DNA from: Luteolibacter sp.
GTDB lineage: Bacteria > Verrucomicrobiota > Verrucomicrobiia > Verrucomicrobiales > Akkermansiaceae
Length of the DNA stretch: 34,539 nt
Direction of reading: 5' to 3'
Assembly: GCA_044374015.1 (NCBI GenBank)
Contig: JBIPND010000001.1
Coordinates: 1 to 34,539, forward strand
The notes beneath the pieces were generated by a model. That model made no database searches, had not been told where the DNA came from, and worked only from the letters and a program-made list of their open reading frames with translations. Made by a program: the position numbers and the translations under genes. Below are positions 9,654-19,848 of the stretch, piece after piece (the first letter of the stretch is position 1; every line of letters starts with the position of its first letter).

Positions 9654-9876
9654 TCAGTGCAATTTCAGGCGGTAAAATGCCGAGGTTTCCGCGGCAGGAT
9701 CTTCGACATAATCGATCAGGCCGCCGGGCGGGGCGATGAGGTGGGTGGCGACGGGAATCCAGGTGGACAGGTTCGTCGAGCGTTCCACGTCGTAGGCAAA
9801 TCCGGCGGTACCCTCGAAATTGACGGTCAGTTTGTTGTTGAGCATCGAGATGCCGAGAACCCGGCAGAGCGCGAAG
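9654..9876 (-). repeat. 223-bp direct repeat, copy A (encodes the C-terminal tail)
   Basis: Ungapped match to 26527-26749; about 26 mismatches by hand count (~88%). Confidence 0.95.
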
Positions 9877-12800
9877 TTGGCGGTGACGGTTTGGGTGGTG
9901 TCGATGGAGACCGCAGTGGCTGCGCTGGCCGGATCATCGATGCCGGTGCCGGTCCACTCCGTGAAGTGCCAGCCTGCGGCGGGCGTGGCGACGACTGGCT
10001 GGGAGGTGCCGACATGGTAAATCCCGCTTCCCGACGCCGCGCCGCCTTCGGGCGGGTTTGCCCCGGTGGTCAGGACGGCGACGGCTTGGTCCACGATGGT
10101 GGTGGAGCCGGACGAGGAAATTCCAAGTGAATGGGTGGCGGCGGTTTGGACGGTCATGTCGAGCGTCTCGGTGCCTTCTTCGAGCAGGTCTTGGAGTGGC
10201 GTTGCAGTTAGAGAGACCTGGGTTTCACCGGTCGGGATCGTGACCGTGGCTGTTGCTCCCGCAACCGCAACCGAGCCTCCGGCAAGTGTGTAGTCGGAAT
10301 CGACAACTGCGGTTCCGGACAAAGCCAGATCCAGCGTGAGGGCGGATGACGGTGGGTTCTCTCCACGCGAGATGGTGAATGTGGCGGACTGCCCGGGGGA
10401 TCCCTCGGCGGCTCCAAGGGCGGGCGACGAAACGCTGACGATGTTTTGTTTGATCTCCACATGGTCGAAAGTCGCCGTGTTGGATACGATGATGCTTCCG
10501 CTGGTGACAAAGATGCCGACCGCAGTGGTGGCGGGCATATTGGACAGAGTGGTGGTTCCAATCTGCGACCAGGATATGCCGTCAGGCGATACGAAGGAGG
10601 TGAAAACATTGCCGACACGCACCAGTTTGACCCAGTAGGGTGTGGAGACCGAAGTGATCCCGTCGACAGTGGTGCTGGCGACACCTGCGGTGGTCCGGTA
10701 AATGAAATAGGGGCTGCGGATACCGCCGCGCAATGCGGTTTGCGCGGACACGGCATTGCCCGCTGTTCCGTCGCGGATCGCCACTCCAACACGGTAGTTG
10801 GTGGTCGAGCCGATTTGGCCCTTCACCCGTGCGATCACTTCACAGTCGCCAGTGACGGTTTGCGAGACGAAGTGCATCCCGTCGCTGGTGGTGGCGTTGC
10901 CGATGGTTCCACTGCCGATGATCCTGAATAGACCGGTGGAGGGGCTGACGGTCGCGCTGTTATCACCTGGAGCTACCGATCCCATATCCTGTGCGGTCCA
11001 GGGTGGACTTATAGGTTGCGGACCGTCGTTGTCCACGATGGTGAGCGTGGCGGAGGCCGGTGAGCCACTGATGTAGGCGGCATCCGGAGTGACTGTTAGA
11101 ATAATGGTTTCATCCGCATCGTCAAAGGGATCGTCCACGGGAGTGACGATCAGGGTGGCAGAGGCGGCAGCATCCGGGATGGTGATGCTTGCGGGCAGGG
11201 CGGAGTAGTCGGTCCCTGCGGTGGCGGTTCCGGAGACCGCGAGGGGAACTATTAGATCGCCATCCGTCTGGTTCCGCGTGACGGTGAAGGTCGCGGAGAC
11301 AGAGCCCTCTTCTGCGGGCGTTCCGGTGGCGGTGACCGTGACGATCGGCTTGTTCACGATGCCCAGAGCTTCGGCATAGGAATTGCTGATCCGGATCTCA
11401 TCGAAGTTCACATTCTGCGGATCCGGTTTGTTGACCCACAGGCCAAGCGACGCGAAGGAAACCGGGCCGACCACCGACCGGGTGACTTGATAGGGGAAAT
11501 TCGCAGGATTGGACAAATCGATCGCAGCGTTGCTTCCGAGATAGAGGGTGATGTCCGTGTTGGCTCCGTTTTTCAGCAGATGAAGCACAAACAGATAGGT
11601 TCCGTTGGGGGTGATGCCGGTCGGGCTGCCGCCGCCGTTCACCGCGTCATACCAGGTGTTGTTCACCTTCACGCCGAGATCCCCGTTGACCGCTTTTCCA
11701 AATACCGTTCCGGTGTTGCCAAGCCTCACTTCGATGCCTTGGCCTGCTGCGGTTCCCGCCAATGAAATCACTCCGGAAATCCATGCTTCCGGGAAGCCTC
11801 CCGAATCACCGATCTGGATGGTCCGGCCGATATTCCGCGAATAGCTGACGCTGCTGCCGGTGCCGTTGGAAACCGAATTGCCGCCGACGGACAGGGAGCC
11901 AAAGGCGAGGCTGGCGGGATTGATGGTGAAGCCGGCCGCCCCGGTGACAGTGCCCGTCCAGTTTCCGCTCCAACTGACGCCGGTGGAATGGGCGGTGATG
12001 CCCGCGCCGGGAGTTGCGTCAAATCCATCATAAATGAAGAACGGTGGGATGCGGACATCGACCGTCAGGTTTCCCGTGCTCGATCGCGATGTGTTGTCGG
12101 TTACTTGAACGGTGAAGGTGTTGATCCCCTCGTTGGTATTGGCCGGGGTGCCGCTGAGCGTGCCGTCCGCTGCGACGGTGAGCCAGGAGGGACCGGTGAG
12201 CTTGGTGAAAGTGAGGACTCCCGAATCGGGATCGTAAGTGTAGTCCGCGATCGAACCGGCGACAGCCTGACCGCTGAGGGTGGCGAAGGTGATGGGATTC
12301 TTGGTGAAGACCGGGGTGTTCTCGATGTCGGTGACGGTGATTTGCAGTTGGGCGGTGGCGGAAAGCCCGCCGAGGTCGGTGGCGCGGACGGTGAAGGTGT
12401 TGAGGCCGGTGTGGGGGCCGCCGGGTTTGCCGAAGAGCTCGCCAGTGGGTTCCACGCCCAGCCAGGCGGGACCGCTGACGATGGCATAGGTAATCCGGTC
12501 GCCAAGACCGAGGCGGGAGCCGACATTCGTGTCCGAGCAGTAGGTGGCCAGTGAGCCACTGATTGCGGCGCCTTCCGTTAGATTGGGGGGAGTGAGCGTG
12601 CCGGATGTGAACTGCGGCGCTGAGTTCGCGATCACGTTCACGGTGAAGTCCGCCTCGTCCCAATGGCCGCCGGGGGCGGTGACGCGGACGGTGGCGGTGT
12701 TGATGCCGGTGTTGCCGGGACCCGGGGTGCCGGTGACGAAACCATCTGGCGAAATGGAAATCCACGCCGGGCCGCTGATCTTCTGATAGGTGAGGACGTT

Positions 12801-15194
12801 CCAAAGGTGGATGGTATCGAGTTTTGTGCGCAGGTTTTCGGAGTAGGACTCTCCGCTCACCACGTCACGCAGGGCATGGGTGCCGTTCCATAGCTGCGGT
12901 GTGGCGCGGATGATGGGACGCAAATGGGCGGCGGGGATGGTCTGTTTCGCAATGCCAGGGCCCGACCACTGGACGGTGAACGAGCCGCTGCCATAGTCAC
13001 TGCCGTTCAATCCGAGCGCCTCGATGCGGTAGCGCTGACCGGCGGTTAGCGATACGGTGCCGGTGCTGCCGCCGGTGGTGGCTCGCAAGGCGAGGTTCGC
13101 CGGGCTCGCATCGGTGCTGACCCGCAACTCGCCATCCACGTCGCTGCCTGTCATGTGAAACGTATAAGTTCCGGTGGTTGGAGGATAGAGATAGCCACTC
13201 ACGCGGTAGCCGGTGGAAAGGTCGGCCGAAGGTTCGGTGAAATCCGCGAGCGCGTTGAGCTGGGACGGACTGTTCGGATAGCGCGGGTCCGAGGTGAGAT
13301 CCGACAACAGGGTTCCTTCGGTTAGGAACCAGATTTCCTCGGTGACACCGCCGCTGTCCGTCGCCGCGGTGATGGTCACGTTGATGGTGGAGCTGAGCGC
13401 GGGAGAGCCGGTGTCGGAAACCCGTATGGTGAGCGGATAGGTGGCACCCGGGGTGAGCGCTGCGGTTTTCACCAGCCAGTCGCCATTGAAGCCGAACTGC
13501 CCGCCGCCGTTTCCTGATAGAATGCTGAAGGCGCGGGTGGTGGAATCCGGGTCAATGACCGGGAGATGGATCAGGTTCGCGTCATCGGTGGTCGAGACGG
13601 TCATCTTCGCCGGAGCGACATATTGGAAGGCGGGACGATTGTTGGCTCCGCCGCTGGCTTTCACATAGACTCCCACGGTGAACTGGCCTGATAGACCGGC
13701 GTTCGGATCGGTGGCCTGCACCGTCAGCGTGTTCTGGCCGGCGTTGCCTGCGGCCGGAGTGCCGCTGAGCACGCCCGCGCTTGAAACGGAGATCCAGCTT
13801 GGCCCCGAGACTTTCTGATAGGTAAACTTGAGCGTGCTGAACGGATCCCGGATCTGGGTGGTGAGAGAGGCGCTGTCGGAATAGGCGGTGCTGACGGTGG
13901 CATGGGTCGCCTGGTTCACCACCTCGGGGGCCTGGAGGTTGTAGGCGAGGTTGAGCGTCGGCAGATCGGGCAACGTCGTCGGCATGCTGCTGAGGGTGGT
14001 GTCGTTCTGCGCGATGGGGATCAGGCCGCCGATGATCATTTCCATCATGTCCTGGCGCTGGCGGACCTTGCCGTAGGGGTAAACGCCGGTGACGCCTGGC
14101 AGGGCGGAAGGGCTGGGTCCGCGCAGGCGGCCGCGGATCGAGGTGTTCGCCCACCAGGCGTTGGCACCGCCGGATTGGCTGCCGTAGGCCCAGACATTGC
14201 CCCACGCGCAGGAGCGCCAGTTGACATGGCCGTTGAAGACGCTGTGGTTTTCCAAGAAACCGCTCGAGGAGGCTCCGACCGACGTGTATTGGCGCATGCG
14301 GCCGCCGAGATACCAGCGCTGGCCGACCTCGCCGGTCATGAAGGTGGACAAGGTGTTTCCGGATCCGTCCGGGATGGAAATCTGAAGGGTCTTGCGGCGG
14401 CGGGTCGGATCGAGGTGGAAATCATTGAAAGAGATCGTCGAACCGGTGCCTTCATGGGTGTAAACGCGCGACGGTCCGAAGCCGACGAGCGGAGTGGGCA
14501 GTTGGCCGTTGGCCACCCACAGGGAATTGAAGCAGGAGTCGTTGTTGCCCATGTAGCCGGTGGCCATGTTGACCACGGTGTGGGTGCCGCTGATGGCTGG
14601 CACCGGCAACGGCCGTGAGACCATTTCCGCATACGAAGCCCGGCGCGTGGAGCCGGATGGAGTGAAATAGATGTCACAAGCGGCGGAGCGGACTGTCCAT
14701 GTGGGATCGACGGAGATCGGGCCGGGACCCGTGACGCGGATGGAGTGAAGCAAGCCGGGGTTGCCGGTGCCGGCCGGGATTTGCGCGGAGAAAAACCGCA
14801 AGCCGGGTGCGGGCACCCAGACCTGCCCCAGCGACTGCCACTGGGGATTCACATTGGCCGCGGGATCGGTGGCGGTGAGCGCGGCGGAGGTGGAGGAGCC
14901 GGCAGTATTGTGCTGCGTGGCGTAGTCGCCCACCTGCAGGATGGCTCCGGCGTTGGCCGCGGAAACCGCCACCTGCGCCGAGATGTGGTAATACCCCGGC
15001 TGGGCGAAGTTGAGATACCAGAACCAGCGGGCATCCGGGCTGCCAAGTTGCAGTGTGCCCGCGCCGGAATTGTAAGTCTTGGTTCCGATCCCGTCGTTAT
15101 AGCCCTGGCTGACCGCGAAATCCTCGGCACGGGAGGTCTGACCGCACAGGAAATGCAGCAGCGCGCTGCCTGCCAGGAGTGCTTTGACGGTCAT
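9654..15194 (-). CDS. 1846-aa multidomain surface protein: DUF5077/DUF3472-like N-terminus, putative Ig (He_PIG) x4, cadherin, PA14, Calx-beta x2, ConA/DUF1349-like sandwich, InlB-B-like repeat, C-terminal tail
   Basis: Signal peptide. GYMG...SLW...HEGTG...GFLENH...R..WGNVW (DUF3472-like). Four KxSGPxW(I/L)xVxxxGxLxGTP repeats. VSDTGSPALSST (cadherin). GYLYPPTTGTYTF...LTAGQRYRIE...VQWSGPG (PA14). ATAGTDY...ATLTIVDND (Calx-beta). WVKLVRVGNVFTSFVSPDGISW. ATPAAGWHFTEWTG. Confidence 0.85.
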   Translation of the reverse strand: MTVKALLAGSALLHFLCGQTSRAEDFAVSQGYNDGIGTKTYNSGAGTLQLGSPDARWFWYLNFAQPGYYHISAQVAVSAANAGAILQVGDYATQHNTAGSSTSAALTATDPAANVNPQWQSLGQVWVPAPGLRFFSAQIPAGTGNPGLLHSIRVTGPGPISVDPTWTVRSAACDIYFTPSGSTRRASYAEMVSRPLPVPAISGTHTVVNMATGYMGNNDSCFNSLWVANGQLPTPLVGFGPSRVYTHEGTGSTISFNDFHLDPTRRRKTLQISIPDGSGNTLSTFMTGEVGQRWYLGGRMRQYTSVGASSSGFLENHSVFNGHVNWRSCAWGNVWAYGSQSGGANAWWANTSIRGRLRGPSPSALPGVTGVYPYGKVRQRQDMMEMIIGGLIPIAQNDTTLSSMPTTLPDLPTLNLAYNLQAPEVVNQATHATVSTAYSDSASLTTQIRDPFSTLKFTYQKVSGPSWISVSSAGVLSGTPAAGNAGQNTLTVQATDPNAGLSGQFTVGVYVKASGGANNRPAFQYVAPAKMTVSTTDDANLIHLPVIDPDSTTRAFSILSGNGGGQFGFNGDWLVKTAALTPGATYPLTIRVSDTGSPALSSTINVTITAATDSGGVTEEIWFLTEGTLLSDLTSDPRYPNSPSQLNALADFTEPSADLSTGYRVSGYLYPPTTGTYTFHMTGSDVDGELRVSTDASPANLALRATTGGSTGTVSLTAGQRYRIEALGLNGSDYGSGSFTVQWSGPGIAKQTIPAAHLRPIIRATPQLWNGTHALRDVVSGESYSENLRTKLDTIHLWNVLTYQKISGPAWISISPDGFVTGTPGPGNTGINTATVRVTAPGGHWDEADFTVNVIANSAPQFTSGTLTPPNLTEGAAISGSLATYCSDTNVGSRLGLGDRITYAIVSGPAWLGVEPTGELFGKPGGPHTGLNTFTVRATDLGGLSATAQLQITVTDIENTPVFTKNPITFATLSGQAVAGSIADYTYDPDSGVLTFTKLTGPSWLTVAADGTLSGTPANTNEGINTFTVQVTDNTSRSSTGNLTVDVRIPPFFIYDGFDATPGAGITAHSTGVSWSGNWTGTVTGAAGFTINPASLAFGSLSVGGNSVSNGTGSSVSYSRNIGRTIQIGDSGGFPEAWISGVISLAGTAAGQGIEVRLGNTGTVFGKAVNGDLGVKVNNTWYDAVNGGGSPTGITPNGTYLFVLHLLKNGANTDITLYLGSNAAIDLSNPANFPYQVTRSVVGPVSFASLGLWVNKPDPQNVNFDEIRISNSYAEALGIVNKPIVTVTATGTPAEEGSVSATFTVTRNQTDGDLIVPLAVSGTATAGTDYSALPASITIPDAAASATLIVTPVDDPFDDADETIILTVTPDAAYISGSPASATLTIVDNDGPQPISPPWTAQDMGSVAPGDNSATVSPSTGLFRIIGSGTIGNATTSDGMHFVSQTVTGDCEVIARVKGQIGSTTNYRVGVAIRDGTAGNAVSAQTALRGGIRSPYFIYRTTAGVASTTVDGITSVSTPYWVKLVRVGNVFTSFVSPDGISWSQIGTTTLSNMPATTAVGIFVTSGSIIVSNTATFDHVEIKQNIVSVSSPALGAAEGSPGQSATFTISRGENPPSSALTLDLALSGTAVVDSDYTLAGGSVAVAGATATVTIPTGETQVSLTATPLQDLLEEGTETLDMTVQTAATHSLGISSSGSTTIVDQAVAVLTTGANPPEGGAASGSGIYHVGTSQPVVATPAAGWHFTEWTGTGIDDPASAATAVSIDTTQTVTANFALCRVLGISMLNNKLTVNFEGTAGFAYDVERSTNLSTWIPVATHLIAPPGGLIDYVEDPAAETSAFYRLKLH

Positions 15195-15206
15195 GGATGA
15201 TCGGCC

Positions 15207-18200
15207 TCAGGGAATCTGCGTCACCACCAGGCGGGCGAAGATTTTTCCGAGGCCGGTGGGCAGGGTGTAGGAGATGGTGGTGCCGTCATTGACGTCCGGG
15301 AGAACGTAGGAAACGGGCGTCCATGGATTGAGCAGGTTGGGCGAGGTCTCGATGGCGTAGGTGACATCGCCGTTGGTGACGGCTTCGGAGCCCTTGGTGA
15401 AGGAGAGGACCCGGGTCGCCGGATTGTAGGTGTTGGCGAGGGTTTCAGAAACCAGCGGGCTGAGGCCGAGGGCGTATTCGACGAGGGCGCCGAGGCCGTC
15501 GTTGTCGCCGGCATCATAGGTCGGATCGTTGGGGATGCTGAAACCGGAGGCCCAGGAGGCGAAGTTAGCGCCGGTGGTTCCCGGAGTGATCGATCCTGCG
15601 GTGATCACCAGATTGTCGAAGCCGACGCCGCGCTGGGTGACGACTCCATTGGTGCCGCCGGTGGCGACCGCATCGAGGGCGAACAAGACCGGGGCGGTCT
15701 GATTCCCGATGACACTGAGATCCCATGTCAGTCCCAAGGGGCCTTTGGTGCCGTTGGTGGTGGTGGACTGGCCGGCGAGCGCGGCGCCGATGATGGTCCA
15801 GGTGCTGCCACTGTCGGTGGAGTAGTAAAGCGCCCAGTTGGCCGCGGTGTTGTTGCTTTGGTCGGTGTTGGCGTAGGTGTCGATGACCGCCGCTCCGCCG
15901 GTGAAGTTGATCTGGCCGCCGCCGGGTTGCGGGGCTACGCTCACCGTGGTCCAAGTCGTCTCATTACTACCTCCGGCAGCCACCGGAGTTTGGGCGTCGG
16001 CCTCGCGGGCACAACTGAAGTTGAGATAGTTACCATTGACACCTGTGGCCAAGGCTCGATTGGAAGCACCTTGATTGCTGGTGCTGAGTGCGCCGAGTCC
16101 GGTGGCCATGTCGGTGAGGCTGCCCAACACCACAGCAGCGAGGGTGGTGGTGTCGATGTCCACCACGCTGCCCGAGACGGAGTTGGGAGCGAAATCAAAG
16201 CGGGCGGCGACGGTTCCTGACGGTTCGACGAAGGCGGTCAGGTTGATGCTGGGGGTGCTGCCAATGGAGTCGTTGGACGCGATCTGGAGGGTGCCGTTGA
16301 AGCGACCGAATCCGGAACCGGGGGTGAAGGTGATTTCCACCGGGGCGGAAGCTCCCGGAGCGATGGGCCCGGGTGTGGACGTCACGGTGAATTCCGGTGC
16401 GCCGGTGATGGTGGTGCCGGAGATCGTGAGATTCTGGGTGCCGCCCTGGTTGGTGACGGTGACGGTTTGCACCTGAGGGACTGGAGCGTGGGTGTAGATG
16501 CCATAGTTGATGGCATTGGTGCTCACCGCGATGACCGGGTCCGTGACGGTGATCGTGACGGCGATCACCTTCGAGGGTGTGCCGGGATCATTCGAGGGGA
16601 TGGTCAGGGTGAAATTATACGGCCCAGCTCCTAAATCAGGAGTGAAGGTAAATCGGATGTCTCCGGTTTCACCGGGAAGAATCGAGGACGGCGCGGTGAT
16701 GCCGGTGACGGTGCCGGCGTCAACTCCACCTGCGGTCACGCTACCCAGCGTGAGGCTGTTGGCATTGCCGGTGTTGGCGACGCTGACTGTGTAAGCGGCG
16801 GCGAGACCGTCGTTGGCGAAGCTGGCGTTGCTGGCAACAATCCATGGGTCCGGATTGTCGGTGAGGTTGAGGGTGACGGTCTTGGGGGACTGGGTCAGAT
16901 CATTGGAAACAATGTCGAATGTGGCGGTGTAGGCACCCGGTCCGGTGGTGGGGGTGAAGGTGTAGTTGATGGTGGACGAGCCACCGGGAGCGATGGTGAG
17001 CGGGAGGTTGGAATTGATGACAAAGCTCGATGCATTCGCGCCGCCGATGGTGATGGCGGAAATGTTCAGCGTTTGGGTGGCGCCGTTGTTGGAAACCGGA
17101 ATGGACAGCGCGGCGGCGGCGCTGTTGGTGGTTGCGGTGACGGTGCTGGCCACCACGATCAAGGGATCCGGTGCGGTGGTCACGGAGAGCTTGCCGGTGC
17201 CGGTGAAGTGGGTGTCATTGATGTGGGTGTCATTGATGTGGGTGGCTCCGGAAGTGGTGGAACCCCAAGTGCCGGTGGTTTGCTGGACGCCATTGATGAA
17301 GAGCTTGTCCACGGTGTCGGTTCCGGCAAACGAGAGGTCGAACACACCGGTTCCGCTGATGGAAACCGAAGAGGAATCCGCGAGATAACTTTCGAGGATG
17401 CTCAAAGTGCCGTCAGTGATGTTGGTATCGCCGGTGTAAGTGTTGATGCCGTCGAGGAAAAGGGATCCGGCACCTGCCTTGGTGAGGCTGTAGTCATTCA
17501 CACCGTCATCGATCACGCCGCCGACGGTGAGGGTATTGGCGGAGACGGTGACGTTGCGGTTGCCGCCGAGGGTGACCGCACCGGTGCCCATGTTGAGGTC
17601 TCTTAAGTTGGTGAGTCCGCTGCTACTCCCCGCCCGGGCAGAACCTGCATTAAACGTGAAATCCCCGTTCCAGTTCATCGCGTTGTTGTTAGATATAGTC
17701 AACGCGCCGGCGCTGGTGTTACGGATCACGGTGGAAATGCCGGATACCGTGTTGTTGATGGTCAGCGTGCTGGTTCCGAGCGCGGTGGCGCTGTTGATGT
17801 CGAGGATGGCCCCGTCCACGACGGTCGAGCCGGTGTAGTCATTGTTTCCCGAGAGGACGAGGCGCGCGGTGTTGTTGGTGCCGGTAAGTTCGTTGGTCAC
17901 GGTGAGTGTGCCATTTCCAGTGATCTTGCCGGTAGCGGTGGATGGGGAACCACCGTTCAATGTATTGCGTAGGTTGATGGAAATGGCGGACCCGTTCAAG
18001 TTGACGCCGCCATTGAATTTGAATGCGTTGCTGTTGCCGGTCTGATTGTAGCTGGTTGTACCTGTGATTGGGAGCGTGGTCAGGCCGTTGAAATTCTGCG
18101 TCCCGTTGCCCAAACCTTTGAACAGGTAGTTTGCAGAGGTGAGGGTCATCGCGCCCGTGGTCACGGTGGCACCAAATGTCACCGTCCCCGCCGTGCCGGC

Positions 18201-18449
18201 GAAGGTGGCGGTGTGCGAGGCGGAAAAGGTGACCGCCTGCGTCGGGTCGGTGCCATCATTGAGTCCAGTCGATAAATCATCCCAGAACGCGTTGGTGGCA
18301 TTCCAGGTTCCGGTGCCGCCGAGATTGGCAGCGGCACCATTGACATCCCACTGATAGTTCGCGGCATGACAGAGCTGGGAGCTTGCAAGCAAGCCGATCA
18401 GGGCGCAGCTCAGAGAGCGGAGGTTTTTGGAAATCGGATGGGTTTTCAT
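15207..18449 (-). CDS. Secreted autotransporter-associated beta-strand-repeat (PATR) protein with three ASH/choice-of-anchor-D-like Ig domains
   Basis: Signal peptide. LVLSGNNDYTGSTVVDGAIL and LTKAGAGSLFLDGINTYTGDTNITDGTL repeats. Three VxNxGxxxxLx(I/L) ... IAPG ... SND domains. DNDGLGALVEYALG motif and C-terminal IFARLVV. Ends 12 nt before the next gene. Confidence 0.85.
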   Translation of the reverse strand: MKTHPISKNLRSLSCALIGLLASSQLCHAANYQWDVNGAAANLGGTGTWNATNAFWDDLSTGLNDGTDPTQAVTFSASHTATFAGTAGTVTFGATVTTGAMTLTSANYLFKGLGNGTQNFNGLTTLPITGTTSYNQTGNSNAFKFNGGVNLNGSAISINLRNTLNGGSPSTATGKITGNGTLTVTNELTGTNNTARLVLSGNNDYTGSTVVDGAILDINSATALGTSTLTINNTVSGISTVIRNTSAGALTISNNNAMNWNGDFTFNAGSARAGSSSGLTNLRDLNMGTGAVTLGGNRNVTVSANTLTVGGVIDDGVNDYSLTKAGAGSLFLDGINTYTGDTNITDGTLSILESYLADSSSVSISGTGVFDLSFAGTDTVDKLFINGVQQTTGTWGSTTSGATHINDTHINDTHFTGTGKLSVTTAPDPLIVVASTVTATTNSAAAALSIPVSNNGATQTLNISAITIGGANASSFVINSNLPLTIAPGGSSTINYTFTPTTGPGAYTATFDIVSNDLTQSPKTVTLNLTDNPDPWIVASNASFANDGLAAAYTVSVANTGNANSLTLGSVTAGGVDAGTVTGITAPSSILPGETGDIRFTFTPDLGAGPYNFTLTIPSNDPGTPSKVIAVTITVTDPVIAVSTNAINYGIYTHAPVPQVQTVTVTNQGGTQNLTISGTTITGAPEFTVTSTPGPIAPGASAPVEITFTPGSGFGRFNGTLQIASNDSIGSTPSINLTAFVEPSGTVAARFDFAPNSVSGSVVDIDTTTLAAVVLGSLTDMATGLGALSTSNQGASNRALATGVNGNYLNFSCAREADAQTPVAAGGSNETTWTTVSVAPQPGGGQINFTGGAAVIDTYANTDQSNNTAANWALYYSTDSGSTWTIIGAALAGQSTTTNGTKGPLGLTWDLSVIGNQTAPVLFALDAVATGGTNGVVTQRGVGFDNLVITAGSITPGTTGANFASWASGFSIPNDPTYDAGDNDGLGALVEYALGLSPLVSETLANTYNPATRVLSFTKGSEAVTNGDVTYAIETSPNLLNPWTPVSYVLPDVNDGTTISYTLPTGLGKIFARLVVTQIP
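17208..17244. repeat. In-frame 15-nt tandem duplication (about 2.5 copies; THIND-THIND-TH)
   Basis: GTGGGTGTCATTGAT x2 followed by GTGGGTG; copies are perfect. Confidence 0.9.
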
Positions 18450-18532
18450 CGGAGGTTCTGGCTTGGACTTTACGGCCTTATCAGGTGATAGAATCCTTCG
18501 AGGTTAAGCACTCCCGGTACCATTGTCTTTCT

Positions 18533-18564
18533 AAAATCGCGTTTTTTCTTTTCGAAATTGCGCA
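18533..18564. promoter_or_regulatory. Candidate AraC/XylR-type direct-repeat site (motif 2, copy B) in the divergent promoter
   Basis: AAAATCGCGT...GAAATTGCGCA, half-sites 21 nt apart (18533, 18554), between the PATR gene and the XylR-like gene. Confidence 0.55.
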
Positions 18565-18592
18565 TTCGGCGGGATCAGCCAGCTTGGTGGCG

Positions 18593-19738
18593 ATGGAAGC
18601 TTCGATCACCCTTGGCGTCGTAATGGATTTTTTCCGCCCTGCGGTGATCGAGGGTGCGGGGGCTTACGCTCGGGAGAACCAAGTGAGACTGGATGCGCGG
18701 TGGTCGGTGCGGGCGGACTGGATGCCGGAAAATCCGGGATGGGACGGGGTGCTGGCGCACTTTACCGACATGGCGGCGGTTTACGACCGGGTCGTGTCCC
18801 TGGGAGTGCCCGTGGTGCATTTGTCGGGTTGGTTGGGTGGCTCGGCTTTGCCACGGGTGCAGCATGATTTTGCGGCTTGCGCCGTCCTCGCGGCGGAGGA
18901 GTTCGGCAAATTGGGACTGCGGCGGGTCGCGGCGATGGATTACCGGGCTTTTTCAATCGACCTGCAGTCGTATCGGGGATTGCGGGTGGCGTTGAGGCGT
19001 GCGGGGATGGACTTTGAAGGATTATCCCTGACGAGAGGAGTGGGTTTGGCGCGTCAGGCGATGGAGACGGCCGATCAGCTGGAACGCCTCCAACGGCCCT
19101 GCGGCCTGTTCGTGGTCCATGCGGGATTGACGTGGTCGGTGGTCGCTGAGTTGATCCGGCGCGGAATCCGGGTTCCTGAGGATGTGGCGATCATCGTGAT
19201 CGACAAGGACGCGCAGCAGACCTGTGCGCTGGCGCCGGTTCCTTTGACGGCGGTGACTTTGGACGACTGGCAGCAGGGGTATGAAGCCGCCCGGATGGCG
19301 CACCGGATGATTTTGGATCACTCCAGTGGAGGGCGCCGGGTTTTGCGGATTCCACCGGCAGGTCTGATGAGACGGGAAAGTACGGGAGCCTGCACCAACC
19401 GGGACCCGCTGGTGGCGAAGGCGCTGCATCTGATCGAGATGCACCCGGCCGGCGGACTCGGCGTGGACGACCTGGCAAGGCGCTTGGGTGTTTCCCGGCG
19501 CAACCTCGAGCAGCGATTCCGGAGCGGGACCGGTAGCACGCCCCACGCGGCGATTCTCGAGCGCCGGATCAAGGAGGCGAAGCGCTTGTTAGGCGCGGGT
19601 AGCAGCAGCGTGGTGGACGTGGCGGAGGCTTGTGGCTTCGGAACAGTCCACTATTTCACCACGGCATTCAAACGGACCTGCGGGATCACACCAGGAGCAT
19701 TCCGGAAACGCTCCCGCGAAGGGAAAGGTTTTGATTGA
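18593..19738 (+). CDS. XylR-type transcriptional regulator (LacI-like sugar-binding domain plus C-terminal AraC HTH)
   Basis: GIRVPEDVAIIVID...PLTAV...GYEAA...RREST (LacI-type effector domain). VDDLARRLGVSRRNLEQRF...VAEACGFGTVHYFTTAFKRTCGITPGAFR (AraC signature). Start set at ATG 18593. Confidence 0.92.
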   Translation: MEASITLGVVMDFFRPAVIEGAGAYARENQVRLDARWSVRADWMPENPGWDGVLAHFTDMAAVYDRVVSLGVPVVHLSGWLGGSALPRVQHDFAACAVLAAEEFGKLGLRRVAAMDYRAFSIDLQSYRGLRVALRRAGMDFEGLSLTRGVGLARQAMETADQLERLQRPCGLFVVHAGLTWSVVAELIRRGIRVPEDVAIIVIDKDAQQTCALAPVPLTAVTLDDWQQGYEAARMAHRMILDHSSGGRRVLRIPPAGLMRRESTGACTNRDPLVAKALHLIEMHPAGGLGVDDLARRLGVSRRNLEQRFRSGTGSTPHAAILERRIKEAKRLLGAGSSSVVDVAEACGFGTVHYFTTAFKRTCGITPGAFRKRSREGKGFD

Positions 19739-19848
19739 TGCGAATGCGAATACTCCGGGACTTCCTTTCTGGCACCAGAACCGGCAATCCGGCATGGCTT
19801 CCGAGGAGGGATCCTTGGTCCAACTCTGCACGGCAGCATCGCCGCCAC

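Noticed and set aside
18383-18592. N-terminal extension of the XylR-like ORF
   Set aside because: Overlaps the divergent gene start and the promoter; no domain content.
19739-19848. Intrinsic terminator between the convergent XylR-like and 2189-aa genes
   Set aside because: Only a weak TTCTGG-CA-CCAGAA hairpin with no U-tract.
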